Shown here in pieces: positions 38,631-48,985 of a DNA stretch of 64,000 nucleotides. The notes beneath the pieces were generated by a model that worked only from the letters and a program-made list of their open reading frames with translations, made no database searches and was not told the origin of the DNA. How positions within the stretch are numbered: the stretch's first letter is position 1; each line of letters begins with the position of its first letter. The stretch is from a virus: positions 1 through 64,000 of the IMG/VR virus record IMGVR_UViG_3300015371_000009, one strand, 5' to 3'. A program made the translations under genes and the position numbers.

Positions 38631-39194
38631 ATGCTGCCGACCGTCAAGCTCGAGGCGCCGCCGATCGCCGGCCCGTTCAGTCAGTATTTGAACGCGCGCG
38701 AAACGTCGGTGCTCGTGCACCTGGTCGGCCGGGTCAACCCGTGCACCATGATCGAGTTTGGCTGCAACGTCGGCCGCACCGCGTGTCGCGTGCTCGACAA
38801 CGTGCCGTCGATCGAGACTTACGTTGGCATCGACGTGCCGACGTTGTTTCGGCCGGTGCTGCATTGCCAGCGCAATGAGGTGCCGGCGCGCGCCGGGATC
38901 GAGGCCAGCGATCGCGACAATTTCTATCTGCTCGAGTGTCCCGGCGGCGCCACCGAATTGCTGGAAAACGACCTTGAGCGCTGCGAGGCAGTGTTCATCG
39001 ATGGCTGCCATAGCGAATACGGCGTGCTGGCCGATAGCCGGCTGGCCCGCGCACTGCTCAAGCCCGGCGGCGTCATCGTCTGGCACGATTACGCCAATCC
39101 CGGCGTCGAGGTGACGCGCGCGCTCGACCAGCTGCACGCGCAAGGCTGGCCGCTGCAGCACGTCGAAGGCACTTGGTTGGCGTTCATGCACTGA
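38631..39194 (+). CDS. class I SAM-dependent methyltransferase (Methyltransf_24-like)
   Basis: IEFGCNVG; VFIDGCHS...LLKPGGVIVWHDY. Confidence 0.85.
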   Translation: MLPTVKLEAPPIAGPFSQYLNARETSVLVHLVGRVNPCTMIEFGCNVGRTACRVLDNVPSIETYVGIDVPTLFRPVLHCQRNEVPARAGIEASDRDNFYLLECPGGATELLENDLERCEAVFIDGCHSEYGVLADSRLARALLKPGGVIVWHDYANPGVEVTRALDQLHAQGWPLQHVEGTWLAFMH

Positions 39195-39346
39195 GTTGGG
39201 GGGTTTTGAAGTTGCTTCAAAACCCAGGTCAGACTTCAAGGCGCGCGGTTCTGCCGTGCCCCGCGCTCCGATCCCGGAGCGAAGCCACTCCGGGCTTTTT
39301 CGGTAATTTATTCCAACGGAATAAATCAAAAATCTGGAGGCCGCCC

Positions 39347-39730
39347 ATGTCGTCGCTGCAAATCATCACCGGTCCGGTGATCGAAGCCGGCGAAAGCCTG
39401 TCGGACGCAATCGACTGCGGCAATGGCGAGATGGTTCGCATCACCATGCCGGCGGATTGGAGCGGCGGCGTGCTGACGTTTGCAATCTCAACCGACGGCG
39501 AAGGCTTCAACGACGTCTACAGCTTCGACGGCGACGAAGTCGCGATCAACGTGGTGCGCGGCTCGGCAGTGTTTGTGCCGCAGGCCATGGGACGCGCGGT
39601 CAAGTTCATCAAGTTTCGGTCTGGCACCAGCAAAAATCCGCAGCCGCAAGAGCAGCGCCGCGAATTCGCGGTGGCGGTCGAGCAGGGCGGCGGCGCCGAC
39701 ATTGAAGTAACGCCGCAGCGTCGCTCCTGA
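39347..39730 (+). CDS. hypothetical beta-rich protein
   Basis: GGAGG RBS; IEAGESLSDAID...MPADW. Confidence 0.65.
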   Translation: MSSLQIITGPVIEAGESLSDAIDCGNGEMVRITMPADWSGGVLTFAISTDGEGFNDVYSFDGDEVAINVVRGSAVFVPQAMGRAVKFIKFRSGTSKNPQPQEQRREFAVAVEQGGGADIEVTPQRRS

Positions 39731-39878
39731 TCGAGATTGACAACGATCGCGATTGAGGAAAAATTAAAACCGCCTTCAGTCGGGGTCGTTGAGGGCGCCT
39801 CACAACTTGCAACGACATTTACCCGCGGTGATGTCGGCCATCCTGGCCGGCACACCTAAACTGAAAGGACATAGCGTT

Positions 39879-40475
39879 ATGGCACGAGCAAGTCTGGCCT
39901 ATATCATTCTGCTCGAGGATAGTGGCGGCGGCTCGCCGCCCGGCATTTGGGGCGGGCCGCCGTTGTATCCCGACCAAGGTCTGCCGGGATGGCAGCCGCG
40001 TCCCTCGCATCCGATTGCACCCGGTGGTCAGCCTCCCTATCCATCTCAGGGTCCGGGCTTTCCTACCCATCCCATCGCTCCGGGTGGTCAGCCTCCCTAT
40101 CCATCTCAGGGTCCAGGCTTTCCGACGCATCCGATCGCACCGGGCGGCAAGCCTCCAGGCATTTGGGGCGGCCCACCGCTCTACCCTGACCAAGGCCTTC
40201 CTGGTCCGCAACCAACGCCGACTCCGCCGATCTATCTGCCGCCTGGGACTATACCGGGGCATCCTTCGCATCCGATCTACATCCCGCCATCGATCTGGCC
40301 GTCGCCGGGCGTTCCCACGCATCCGATCGTGCTGCCGCCGGAAGGTTCGGGCGACAAGCCGGAGGTGCTGGAAAACTGGGAGGTGAAAACCGCGTGGTCG
40401 CCGAATAGCGGCTGGGTAGTTGCCATCGTACCTTCGGAGGAGCATCCGGGCGTGCCAACGCCGTCAGAAAAATGA
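39879..40475 (+). CDS. proline-rich HPI-repeat protein
   Basis: P(S/T)HPI repeats; 60-bp tandem duplication at about 40009-40128. Confidence 0.7.
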   Translation: MARASLAYIILLEDSGGGSPPGIWGGPPLYPDQGLPGWQPRPSHPIAPGGQPPYPSQGPGFPTHPIAPGGQPPYPSQGPGFPTHPIAPGGKPPGIWGGPPLYPDQGLPGPQPTPTPPIYLPPGTIPGHPSHPIYIPPSIWPSPGVPTHPIVLPPEGSGDKPEVLENWEVKTAWSPNSGWVVAIVPSEEHPGVPTPSEK

Positions 40476-40687
40476 CGTCGCAACACTAGCGCGGCCCGTT
40501 TCGAATTGGCCTTCGTTGGCGGGCCGCGCCAAAGACTCACCGAACTGCGTCGACTGGTGGGGTTCAAGCCGGACAAGCCTGCTTTACCAGCAAATTGATG
40601 CTTCCCCTCGGTGAGGGCGGCGGCGCCTAGCCCGCACGCAAGGTGCCGCCGCCACAAATTTCAGGGGATCGCAGTGTGACCCGACCG

Positions 40688-40867
40688 ATGAACGACTGGC
40701 GCCCGATCGACAGCGCGCCGCGTGACGGCACGGAAGTCTACTTGCATTTGAATTTTCCGAACGGCGTCCCGGCCTACTGGGACCGTGAGCTGAAGACTTG
40801 GGTTTTGTGTCGGCCGCTGCACATCGAGTCGCTGCGCGAGCCGAAAGCCTGGAGGCCTAAGCCATGA
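40688..40867 (+). CDS. DUF551-like small protein
   Basis: [12 protein letters not shown]. Confidence 0.6.
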   Translation: MNDWRPIDSAPRDGTEVYLHLNFPNGVPAYWDRELKTWVLCRPLHIESLREPKAWRPKP

Positions 40868-41484
40868 TCGTCTGGCTGCTGACTGTCACGCTCAAAGCCA
40901 ACGCGGTGCTCGGGCTCGGCGGCATCGCCACCGAAGCCGAATGCAAACGGCTGGCGCCGCTGATCGAGCAAGGTGCCCCCTACACTTGCATCCAGTACGA
41001 TGCCGCAAATCTCGGCGCCGGCATGCAAGGCCCGCCCGGTCCGCAAGGCCCCGCCGGTCCGCCCGGTCCGACCGGCACAACCGGCGCTCGCGGTGCCACC
41101 GGTCCGGCCGGTCCAACCGGTCCCACTGGAACTGCTGGGCCTGTCGGTCCCGAAGGTGATCCCGGTCCGCAAGGCATCGCCGGCCCGGTTGGTCCCAAGG
41201 GCAACACCGGCGCGACCGGTCCCGCCGGTTCTGTCGGGCCGATCGGTCCGCAAGGCGTCGCTGGCGCGAAGGGTGATGTCGGGCCCGTTGGTCCAGTTGG
41301 TCCGATGGGGCCGCAAGGTCCGGAAGGGCCGCAGGGTCCGCCGGGTCCTGCCGGCAGCGGCACCGGCGCGAGCTTGCCGGCGCAGCCGAAAGCCGAATGT
41401 CTCTGGAGTGGCACGGCCTGGGTCTGCAAGGAAACAGCTCAATACCTGACCGACGAACCAACGCCACCACCGCCAGCAAAATGA
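40864..41484 (+). CDS. collagen-like protein
   Basis: More than 30 Gly-X-Y triplets. Confidence 0.8.
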   Translation: MIVWLLTVTLKANAVLGLGGIATEAECKRLAPLIEQGAPYTCIQYDAANLGAGMQGPPGPQGPAGPPGPTGTTGARGATGPAGPTGPTGTAGPVGPEGDPGPQGIAGPVGPKGNTGATGPAGSVGPIGPQGVAGAKGDVGPVGPVGPMGPQGPEGPQGPPGPAGSGTGASLPAQPKAECLWSGTAWVCKETAQYLTDEPTPPPPAK

Positions 41485-42167
41485 CCGAGACTCTGCTTGG
41501 CAATCTCTCGCCGGTGGAGCGCCTCGAGCTGAAGGTCGCCGTTGCGCGCGCCTATCTTGCCGGCAAGCCGGTGAACGAATTCATGGTCGAGCATGCCGAC
41601 TGCTCGATGCCACGCTGGCTGATCCAAAAGCTCTACCGCAAATGTTTCGACGTCGACGGCGACAAGGCGCCGCGCTGCCGGCATTGTCCGGACAAGCACG
41701 TCGGTCACAAAGGCGTTTGCCGGGTCGCGCGGCCAGCGCCGCCGGAGCCGCCGCCGCTGCCGGATCAATACGTCAGCACCGCTTGCCCATGTTGCGGCAA
41801 CGAACTCGGACGCGAAACGCTGGCGATCGACATCAACAGCAACCGCATGGCCTACCGCGGCCAGCATTGGAAATTGCAGCCGCAAGTCGCGGTATTTATG
41901 CAGACCGTCGCGCAAGCTTGGCCGAAGCCGGCCGATGCCGCTTCGTTGCAATTCGCCCTATGGGGCGCCGCCGATGGCCCGCGTTGCGCCGATACCACGC
42001 TGAAAACGTATGCCAGCAAGCTGCGCGGGCTGCTGGCCGGCACGGGTGTCGAATTACATACCGGCAACCGCCCCGGTTCCTATTTGCTATGGCTGCCGGA
42101 AGGCCAGTCCGTGCATGCCGCCTGCACGGAACCCAGTCCAAAAAATAATAGTGCGATCGCGGCTTGA
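41481..42167 (+). CDS. Cys-rich protein with C-terminal winged helix
   Basis: CPCCG; [13 protein letters not shown] resembles an OmpR-type wHTH. Confidence 0.6.
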   Translation: MTETLLGNLSPVERLELKVAVARAYLAGKPVNEFMVEHADCSMPRWLIQKLYRKCFDVDGDKAPRCRHCPDKHVGHKGVCRVARPAPPEPPPLPDQYVSTACPCCGNELGRETLAIDINSNRMAYRGQHWKLQPQVAVFMQTVAQAWPKPADAASLQFALWGAADGPRCADTTLKTYASKLRGLLAGTGVELHTGNRPGSYLLWLPEGQSVHAACTEPSPKNNSAIAA

Positions 42168-42339
42168 CTCGGAGGTCCAAAAAACGAATCGTTCTCGCTT
42201 CAGCATCCCGCTCCAGAGCACAAGATGGCGCAGGAATTCTGAAAATCGCAATGCTGGTTGGGCCGGGTGGAAGCGCGCTCTGACCACGTTTTCGGAAAGG
42301 CTCGGCAATCCTGCCGGCCTGTGTAGGAGGCTTGTTCCT

Positions 42340-43161
42340 ATGAAGCGAGCACTCGCGTTACTGCTCTTGCTATCGGCCGCGTTCATCGGCCCTGCCAAGG
42401 CGGACCTGGTTTTGTCCGACTTGGTGTTTCGTGACCTCGGAGCCACCGGATTCGGCAGCGCCCCCAGGCTGTTGACCCTGCAAAATGATCCACTTGAAAG
42501 CGGCGGCACCATTGCCGGCGCTGGCGGCACCACGACGTTCTTTTACGGCGGCGTGCCAACCGTGACGCAGACCACGTGCACCAGCAACGGCACGTGTGGA
42601 GCAGCTGGCGGCGGCACCCGCACCGGCACCAACGAGTCACTGGTCTACAGCGTCGGCGCGCTCGGCTGGCTCTCCGGTGCCCAGGTCGGCATCGGTCTTG
42701 ACACCAACCAGACCGGCAATTCCGGTCCGCTGAGCTTCAACACGTTGACGTTGACGCTCTACAACTCGGCCGGCACCGCGCTCGGGTCATTCTCGGGCAA
42801 CTCGCCAGTCGACATCAGCGAGGCACTGCTCGCGGCCCAGCAGGGCAACGGCAACAGCGTGTTCGACATCCGACTCGATGCCGCACAGCAAGCCCAGTAC
42901 GACGCAATCCTCGCCGCCAACGGCGGCGCATTCAACGTGTTCGAAGGCCTGCGAGCCTCATTCGGCTGCGGCGCATTCGGACCATCGGTCTGCGGCACGA
43001 CCGGCAACTTCTCGTCAAACGACGGCGCGGAAAGCTTCCTCGCATTCCAGGCCGCGGCAGTGCCCGGCCCGATCGCTGGCGCCGGTCTGCCCGGCATCAT
43101 CGGAGCAATGTCGTTTGGCCTTGTCTGGCTGAACCGGAGGCGCCGGCAGCTTCTCGCTTGA
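42340..43161 (+). CDS. secreted protein with VPxxxP/PEP-CTERM-like sorting tail
   Basis: Signal peptide; C-terminal AVPGPIAGAGLPG, TM helix, RRRR. Confidence 0.8.
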   Translation: MKRALALLLLLSAAFIGPAKADLVLSDLVFRDLGATGFGSAPRLLTLQNDPLESGGTIAGAGGTTTFFYGGVPTVTQTTCTSNGTCGAAGGGTRTGTNESLVYSVGALGWLSGAQVGIGLDTNQTGNSGPLSFNTLTLTLYNSAGTALGSFSGNSPVDISEALLAAQQGNGNSVFDIRLDAAQQAQYDAILAANGGAFNVFEGLRASFGCGAFGPSVCGTTGNFSSNDGAESFLAFQAAAVPGPIAGAGLPGIIGAMSFGLVWLNRRRRQLLA

Positions 43162-43165
43162 TGCC

Positions 43166-43378
43166 ATGCGCCTCTACATTCCGGTTTGGCTCGACGACTG
43201 GCTAAACCGCGACGTCTACCGGCGAGTACGCAGAATTGATATTTTTCTCGTGCTCGCCGGCATCGGCTGCGTCGCGTGGTACGGACACTCCTACGGCATC
43301 CGCGGTGCGGTCGCCGGCTTCGTCGCCTACGTGGCGATGTTGTGGGTCGGCTTGTTTATGCGGAGCCAGTCCGAATAA
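43166..43378 (+). CDS. small membrane protein
   Basis: Two hydrophobic helices. Confidence 0.5.
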   Translation: MRLYIPVWLDDWLNRDVYRRVRRIDIFLVLAGIGCVAWYGHSYGIRGAVAGFVAYVAMLWVGLFMRSQSE

Positions 43379-43500
43379 CGAAGTTGGCGGGGCGCCGGAA
43401 ATGCCCCCAGCCCCCACTGAGAAATCCGGCGCAACGCCGGGCCGCGGCCGGGACCACCATCTCGGCCGCGGTTCAATTTTTCCCAGGGCTGGCTGATGGT

Positions 43501-45113
43501 CTAGTCCGCTTGCTTCTCCTCTGAGCGAACAAAGGCCATCAGCCCCTCTGGAATCGAATCGACGGTGCCGAATTCCTCGCCAGCGAGGTGCACGGTGTAG
43601 CGCCCGGTCCAGCGGTGCCGCTCCGTCACCGCCCAGCCGCGGCGCTTCACCGCTGCCGGCATTTCGCGATCGAGCCATCCGAGAATTTCGCGGCCGCGCA
43701 TGACGTAGACGCGATCGCCCGCGCGCTCGGTTCGAATGTCGGTCGTGTTCATGCTGCTTGCCTCCGTTGCTCGGCTTGGCGCTTTTCGGCCATCGCCGCG
43801 GCGTACATGGCGCGCCACTGCTCGGGCGTGCGGTTGCTGCGGTCGCGCATGGCGGCGGCGTTCTGCCGGCGCCGGTTCTGCTCGCGGATCGCGCGTTCGA
43901 TGTCGGCGGCATTGTTGTGGAACGTGCCGCTCGCGCAGTTCGGTTTCGGCAGCGGCGTTTCGCTCCTCGGCCGCTTGGCGCGGATCGCGGCCTCGACGGC
44001 TTCGGCGTAAGCCCGCCGATGCTGCGGCAACATTTTGCTGATGCTGCCGACATGCCGCGCGAGCGCGCGATACTTGCGCAACGCCGGGCTGTCCAGGTTG
44101 TAGGCCGGGCCGAACTGTTCGACGATGTTTGCCATGGCGCTCACCAATGCACGACGAAATCGAGGAGGGCACCGCCGCGGGTGGTGCCGCCGTACATGTC
44201 ATAGAGCCAGCTAAAGCGCGGCTCTTGCGGTTCGCCGTCGGCATCGCGCACCACGTCGACCACGGTCATGCCGTCGCTGGCGAGGCCCGCGATGGCCTTT
44301 CGGCAGGCGGCATCGTCCGCCGCCTCAAGACCGGAGAAGTCGCCATTGACCAGCGCTGACGCCCAGTCGGCGGGCAGGGTTACGGTAGAGACTTTCATTT
44401 CAAGCTCCCACTGTTGCGCGGGCTTCGCGGCCCGACTCGTAATACGACTTGGAGGAGGGAACGCCGCGGCACATGCGGGCCGAATTGTCGGCGCAGATGC
44501 TATGGGCGATGTCCCAGCGCGCGACGGTCTTGCCGTTGCTCCGAACGTGGAGATAGAGCACGTCAGCGTGCAAGCCGGCAGCGGCGACGTAGCCGTTGCT
44601 ATGGCCGTCGGGATAGAACGAAAAGCGGAGTTCATCGCCGACCCGCAGCGACTTCAGCGCCGAAGACACGGGCGTATGCTGGTCGTGGTAGATGCCGGCC
44701 ATCGCGAAACACTCGACCTTGCCGGCCTTGGCTAGCTCGCGATGCTCCCAGTTTTCGAAATCGACCTCAGCCGGCAGCACGTGCTCCGTGTCGACGGCGA
44801 ACGGGTCGCGCTCCGTGATCCGCTTGCGCTTGATCAATCGCACCAGCCCCTCGGGATGGCGCGCGCCGAAATGGACGCAGATGTCGTTAGCGGCGCGGAT
44901 GGCAGCAATGTCGAGCTTGGTTAGCATGGTCAGGGTTCCTTTCGTTCAGCCGTCAATTTCGACGGCATACCGGACCGCGCCGTCGGCGCGTTTGCGGCTT
45001 TTGATTTCGGGGTGCTCGCACTCGGCGACTTCGCCGGTTGCGAAATAGTCCTCCAGGGCGCGCTCGGCGGCCGCACGGGACTTGTGGCTGGAGTAGGCAA
45101 AACGAACGGTCAT
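43501..45113 (-). other. five-gene reverse cassette (44946-45113, 44400-44927, 44141-44398, 43749-44135, 43501-43752), hypothetical proteins
   Basis: Closely spaced ORFs behind the promoter at 45136-45165. Confidence 0.6.
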
Positions 45114-45135
45114 GGCAGGGCTTCCTTTCACCCTG

Positions 45136-45165
45136 TATATAGGCCAATTTGGCATACCGGTCAAG
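45136..45165 (-). promoter_or_regulatory. sigma70 promoter with operator variant
   Basis: Minus strand cttgacc-ggta-tgccaaattggcc-tatata. Confidence 0.7.
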
Positions 45166-45178
45166 ATGGCCGGTGTAA

Positions 45179-45796
45179 TTATTTTCGGTGCTGTTTCAGC
45201 CGATCCAGGGCGTTAACCATGGGTTCCGCCAGTCTGGCGCCCTCGGCCGGATCGAGCTGCTGGCCATGGCGCCAATATTCGACCTTGCGATAGGGCTTGC
45301 GCGGCTGGAGGTGGCGCACGACGGGAATGCCGGCGACGAAGTCGTTGATCCAGCGCGGTTGGCCTATGAACATCACCGCGACAAACAGCTCCGGCCGGGT
45401 CGGGTCCATGGTCTGGTCGAATAGCAGGCCGGCGGCCTTGCGCGCCTCGGGGGTCAGCGTCTTATCGTCGATCCGCCTGCTGTAACTCGGCGCCGCAAGA
45501 TACGGGCAGGCCTGCAGCGCGTAATGCACGCATTCGTCATGCATCGGCGGGTCGATATAGGCGCCGCGCGCGTGGAACGCCGAACCCGGTCCGCCGACCA
45601 GCCAGCGGCCGCGCAACAGCCGCTGGCCGCAGATCGGACAGCGGTCCTGCACGATGACCCGCTGGCGCGCCGCTTCGTTGTTGATGGTGAAGTGCGGCCG
45701 GCCGTCGGTGCCGCGCAGCACGGTCACCGGAATCGGATAGCCGCGGGCGTCGCGCTCCAGCTTAGCCATGCGGTCGGGAATGCGGATGGCGGTCAT
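45179..45796 (-). CDS. Cys-rich phage protein (paralog of 17225-17881)
   Basis: CPICG...DPPMHDECVHYALQACPYL. Confidence 0.7.
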   Translation of the reverse strand: MTAIRIPDRMAKLERDARGYPIPVTVLRGTDGRPHFTINNEAARQRVIVQDRCPICGQRLLRGRWLVGGPGSAFHARGAYIDPPMHDECVHYALQACPYLAAPSYSRRIDDKTLTPEARKAAGLLFDQTMDPTRPELFVAVMFIGQPRWINDFVAGIPVVRHLQPRKPYRKVEYWRHGQQLDPAEGARLAEPMVNALDRLKQHRK

Positions 45797-46241
45797 GGCC
45801 GATTGCAAAGGCCGGCGGCCTTGCTGACTTCGTCCCAGGAGGCATCCCACAGCGCGCGGGCGCCGTTGCGGTCCTCCTCCAGCTCGACGCGGCGCACGCG
45901 GCCGCCGCTGTAGCTGATGCCGTCGCGGGCGTATTCCATCGCCGCGGTGTAGGTGTGGAACGACGTGTCACGGTCGACGGAGCCGTTGGCGAAATGCACG
46001 GCGATGACGTAGCGCTTGCGGTGGATCATGGCTTCACCAGCGACGCGATTGCCACTAGGCCGATGAACTTGCCTTCAAGGCTCTCGACAAAGCAGTGGCC
46101 CATGGCGCCGATCGGCGGGCAGCCGTAGGGCGTGCAGACCCGCACCTTGGTGCCATTGGCCGGAGTGTTGGACTTGCGATCGCAGATGTCCCAGCCGGAG
46201 GCCTTGAACGTCCAGACCGATCCTTTGCGCGGCTTTTTCAT
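45793..46241 (-). other. two small ORFs (46026-46241, 45793-46029)
   Basis: Coupled ORFs behind the promoter at 46267-46296. Confidence 0.55.
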
Positions 46242-46266
46242 TTCGGATTCTCCTCTGTTCACCTCC

Positions 46267-46296
46267 TATATAGGCCAAACGGGCAGATAGGTCAAT
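46267..46296 (-). promoter_or_regulatory. sigma70 promoter with operator variant
   Basis: Minus strand attgacc-tatc-tgcccgtttggcc-tatata. Confidence 0.7.
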
Positions 46297-47823
46297 ATGG
46301 CCGGTGTAATAAATTCAGGCCAGAATGGCCTTTATGTTGAATGGCTTGTGGCCAGGGAACTGGCGGAGCGCACGCTGGCGCGGCTGCGCGAGAAGTTCGA
46401 TCCGAACCAGCCGCGCGACGAAGACGGCAAATGGACCGACTCCGGAGGCGGCGGTGGCGGTGGCAAGCCGCCGCCGCAGGGCGAGCTATTCCCCGGCAAG
46501 TTTCCGCCGATCCCGGAGCCGGGCAAGCCGGTCAAAGATGACGACTTCAAAGACAAGGTGAAGCTCAGCAGCCGGCTCAGCGATGAGAAAAAGCAGCGAC
46601 TTTTCCAGGAATGGAATACGCGGGTGAAGGAGCCGCCGGAGGAATTCCGCCGCGAGTTCATGGGCGGGCTCGACGGCACGATGACGATCGGACTCGGTCC
46701 CGAAGATGAATGGGTGATCGAAGGCAAGATCACCGATGCCGCCGGCAACACCATCGGCACCTACAGTCGCGAAATCAATTTCGAGCGCGGCCAGGCGGAG
46801 AGCGCGTACTTCAAATTGAACGCCGACCAGACCGGCAAGGACGTCGGCAAGAAAATGTTGGCGGCCAACGTCGCCAAATATCAGGAGCTGGGACTGACCG
46901 AGGTCAGGGTGCACGCCAACATCGATGTCGGCGGTTATGCCTGGGCAAAATACGGCTACGTGCCAGACGAAGGTTCGTGGCGCGATCTATCGTCGGAATT
47001 GTCCGACAAGCTCGGCGGCGGTGGCGGCTACAAGCCGGAGAGCTGGGACGAAATCTCGAGCGATCAGCAGGATGCGATCTATCGCGCTTGGCGCGACTCG
47101 ACCTACGACGAATTCTATGACAGCGAAGTCGAAAGCTGGCGCGACAGCGACCAGCCGCTCGAGGACATGAAAAAGAAGCTGGCCGAGGACTTCGACAAGG
47201 GCGATGCCTGGGCGGTTGCGGCGGTGCAAGCGTGGCGCGAAAGCCGGCCGGCTGATCGGCCGCCGCTGACTCTCAGCAACGATGAAATCCTCAACGCCAC
47301 CGATGTCAGCTATGAGCCGGCGCGCAGCTCGACACGGGTCGGCCAGAATGATCCGGACATTTACGTCAAGGAGAACATCACGCCGACGTTGACCGATGAC
47401 GATCGCGCCGAGATTTCCGACAAGCTGGTCGACGCGTTCAATGCCAAGGCCGAGGCCGACGCGCCCGACATGGACCCGCCGGATTACGTGGCCGAAGGCG
47501 TCGCCGATCGACAGAGCGAATACTGGGATTCAATGCGGGACCGCGACAAGTATCGCTGGGCCGATGACAACGGTTACGTCGAGGAAACCGAGAGCGACAG
47601 CGACATCGAAAACGCCGACGAGCTGCGCGATCTGATCGACAGCAGCGATCCGAAAGCGATTTGGGCGATCGCCGATACACCGGGCGGCAAGGAATTGCTG
47701 CTCGGCACCGACTGGAACGGCACGATCGATCTGACCGACAAAGAAACCATGGCGCGGTTCAATGCCTACATCGGCAAAGCCAAGCAAAGCGAGCGAGCTG
47801 TTCCAAGCCAATCCGCGGCGTGA
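46297..47823 (+). CDS. acidic protein with QPR..GKW motif and GNAT-like domain
   Basis: FDPNQPRDEDGKWT; QTGKDVGKKML...HANIDVGGYAWAKYGY; start uncertain. Confidence 0.7.
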   Translation: MAGVINSGQNGLYVEWLVARELAERTLARLREKFDPNQPRDEDGKWTDSGGGGGGGKPPPQGELFPGKFPPIPEPGKPVKDDDFKDKVKLSSRLSDEKKQRLFQEWNTRVKEPPEEFRREFMGGLDGTMTIGLGPEDEWVIEGKITDAAGNTIGTYSREINFERGQAESAYFKLNADQTGKDVGKKMLAANVAKYQELGLTEVRVHANIDVGGYAWAKYGYVPDEGSWRDLSSELSDKLGGGGGYKPESWDEISSDQQDAIYRAWRDSTYDEFYDSEVESWRDSDQPLEDMKKKLAEDFDKGDAWAVAAVQAWRESRPADRPPLTLSNDEILNATDVSYEPARSSTRVGQNDPDIYVKENITPTLTDDDRAEISDKLVDAFNAKAEADAPDMDPPDYVAEGVADRQSEYWDSMRDRDKYRWADDNGYVEETESDSDIENADELRDLIDSSDPKAIWAIADTPGGKELLLGTDWNGTIDLTDKETMARFNAYIGKAKQSERAVPSQSAA

Positions 47824-48985
47824 CGCGGAGCTGCACGAATCGATCCTTGAGGCCGGCGACGCCGACGCGGCGACCGCGGTCGGCCAGGCGGTGGCGGCAA
47901 GATTGCTCGGGCCGGAGCGCGCCGCGCGATTGTTCGGCAAGCAGCCGGCGAAGGCCAAGGCGTGGAGCCAAAAAGAAACCAACGCCCACACCGACTGGAT
48001 GAACGAATGCGTTCCCAAGCTGATGGGTTTTGGCAAGGAGCAGGATGTTGCGATTGCCGCTTGCTTGAACATGTGGCGCGACGCCTGGGAGGAAGCACAC
48101 CCCGACGGCGCTCCCGATCCAGGACCGTCGCCGCCGCAGGCGGATGAGAAAACCCACGCCATCGCCCAGCAGCTGCTCAAGGCCTACGACGAGTCAGAAC
48201 ATCCGCGCGACGATCACGGCCGCTGGACCGATGCCGGCGGCGGTGGTGGAGCTGAGGCGGCGCCCGCCGTCGGCATGAGCCACGAAAAGATTCAGGCGGC
48301 GATCAAAAACGTCGCCAAGTATCACGACTTTGATCCTGGCCGCATCGAAATCAGTGATGGCGAGCACAACTTCGAACTTGGCGGGACCGCGCGCAGCGCG
48401 GCTGGTGTTGCCTATACCAGCAAGGTTACGTCATATGGCACGCAGCGGCCGGGCGACACGCTGATCACGATTTACAGTCGACACGTCACGCCGGAAACCG
48501 TCGAAGGCGTGATTTCGCATGAGATTGAGCACATCAAATTTCAGCACGCGTTGAAGCGCCACAAGCTCGAATGGAATGCGGTCAATGCGCTGGCTGTGCC
48601 GACTGATGACCTGATGTACGCCGATGGCCGGCTGAAGCCGCCATACGATGAAAAATATCCGGCCTATCAGGCGATCGAGACTGCTTTTTATATGCCCAGC
48701 ACTGAGCAATTTGCTGCGGCCGATGGCGTGTCGAATTACAGCTACGATTGGTGGCTCGAGCAGCGCGCCAACAACGCGACCAAAGTCCAGACGGCTCACG
48801 AAACGCTCGCGGAGATGGCGCGGATCAAATACGAGAGCGGCAAATTTCCGGATCACATGGGTGAACGGATTCTCTCCTGGCGCGGCGAGGACAACAAACC
48901 ATCCCAGGCTGAGATTGCCGCCAACGCCAAACTCTGGCGCGACCTTTACCGCGCGGTCGACAAGGTTTGGAAAATGCCGCCATGA
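47762..48985 (+). CDS. protein with HPR..GRW motif and zincin-like metallopeptidase domain
   Basis: YDESEHPRDDHGRWT; ISHEIEH; VSNYS...HETLAE. Confidence 0.7.
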   Translation: MPTSAKPSKASELFQANPRRDAELHESILEAGDADAATAVGQAVAARLLGPERAARLFGKQPAKAKAWSQKETNAHTDWMNECVPKLMGFGKEQDVAIAACLNMWRDAWEEAHPDGAPDPGPSPPQADEKTHAIAQQLLKAYDESEHPRDDHGRWTDAGGGGGAEAAPAVGMSHEKIQAAIKNVAKYHDFDPGRIEISDGEHNFELGGTARSAAGVAYTSKVTSYGTQRPGDTLITIYSRHVTPETVEGVISHEIEHIKFQHALKRHKLEWNAVNALAVPTDDLMYADGRLKPPYDEKYPAYQAIETAFYMPSTEQFAAADGVSNYSYDWWLEQRANNATKVQTAHETLAEMARIKYESGKFPDHMGERILSWRGEDNKPSQAEIAANAKLWRDLYRAVDKVWKMPP

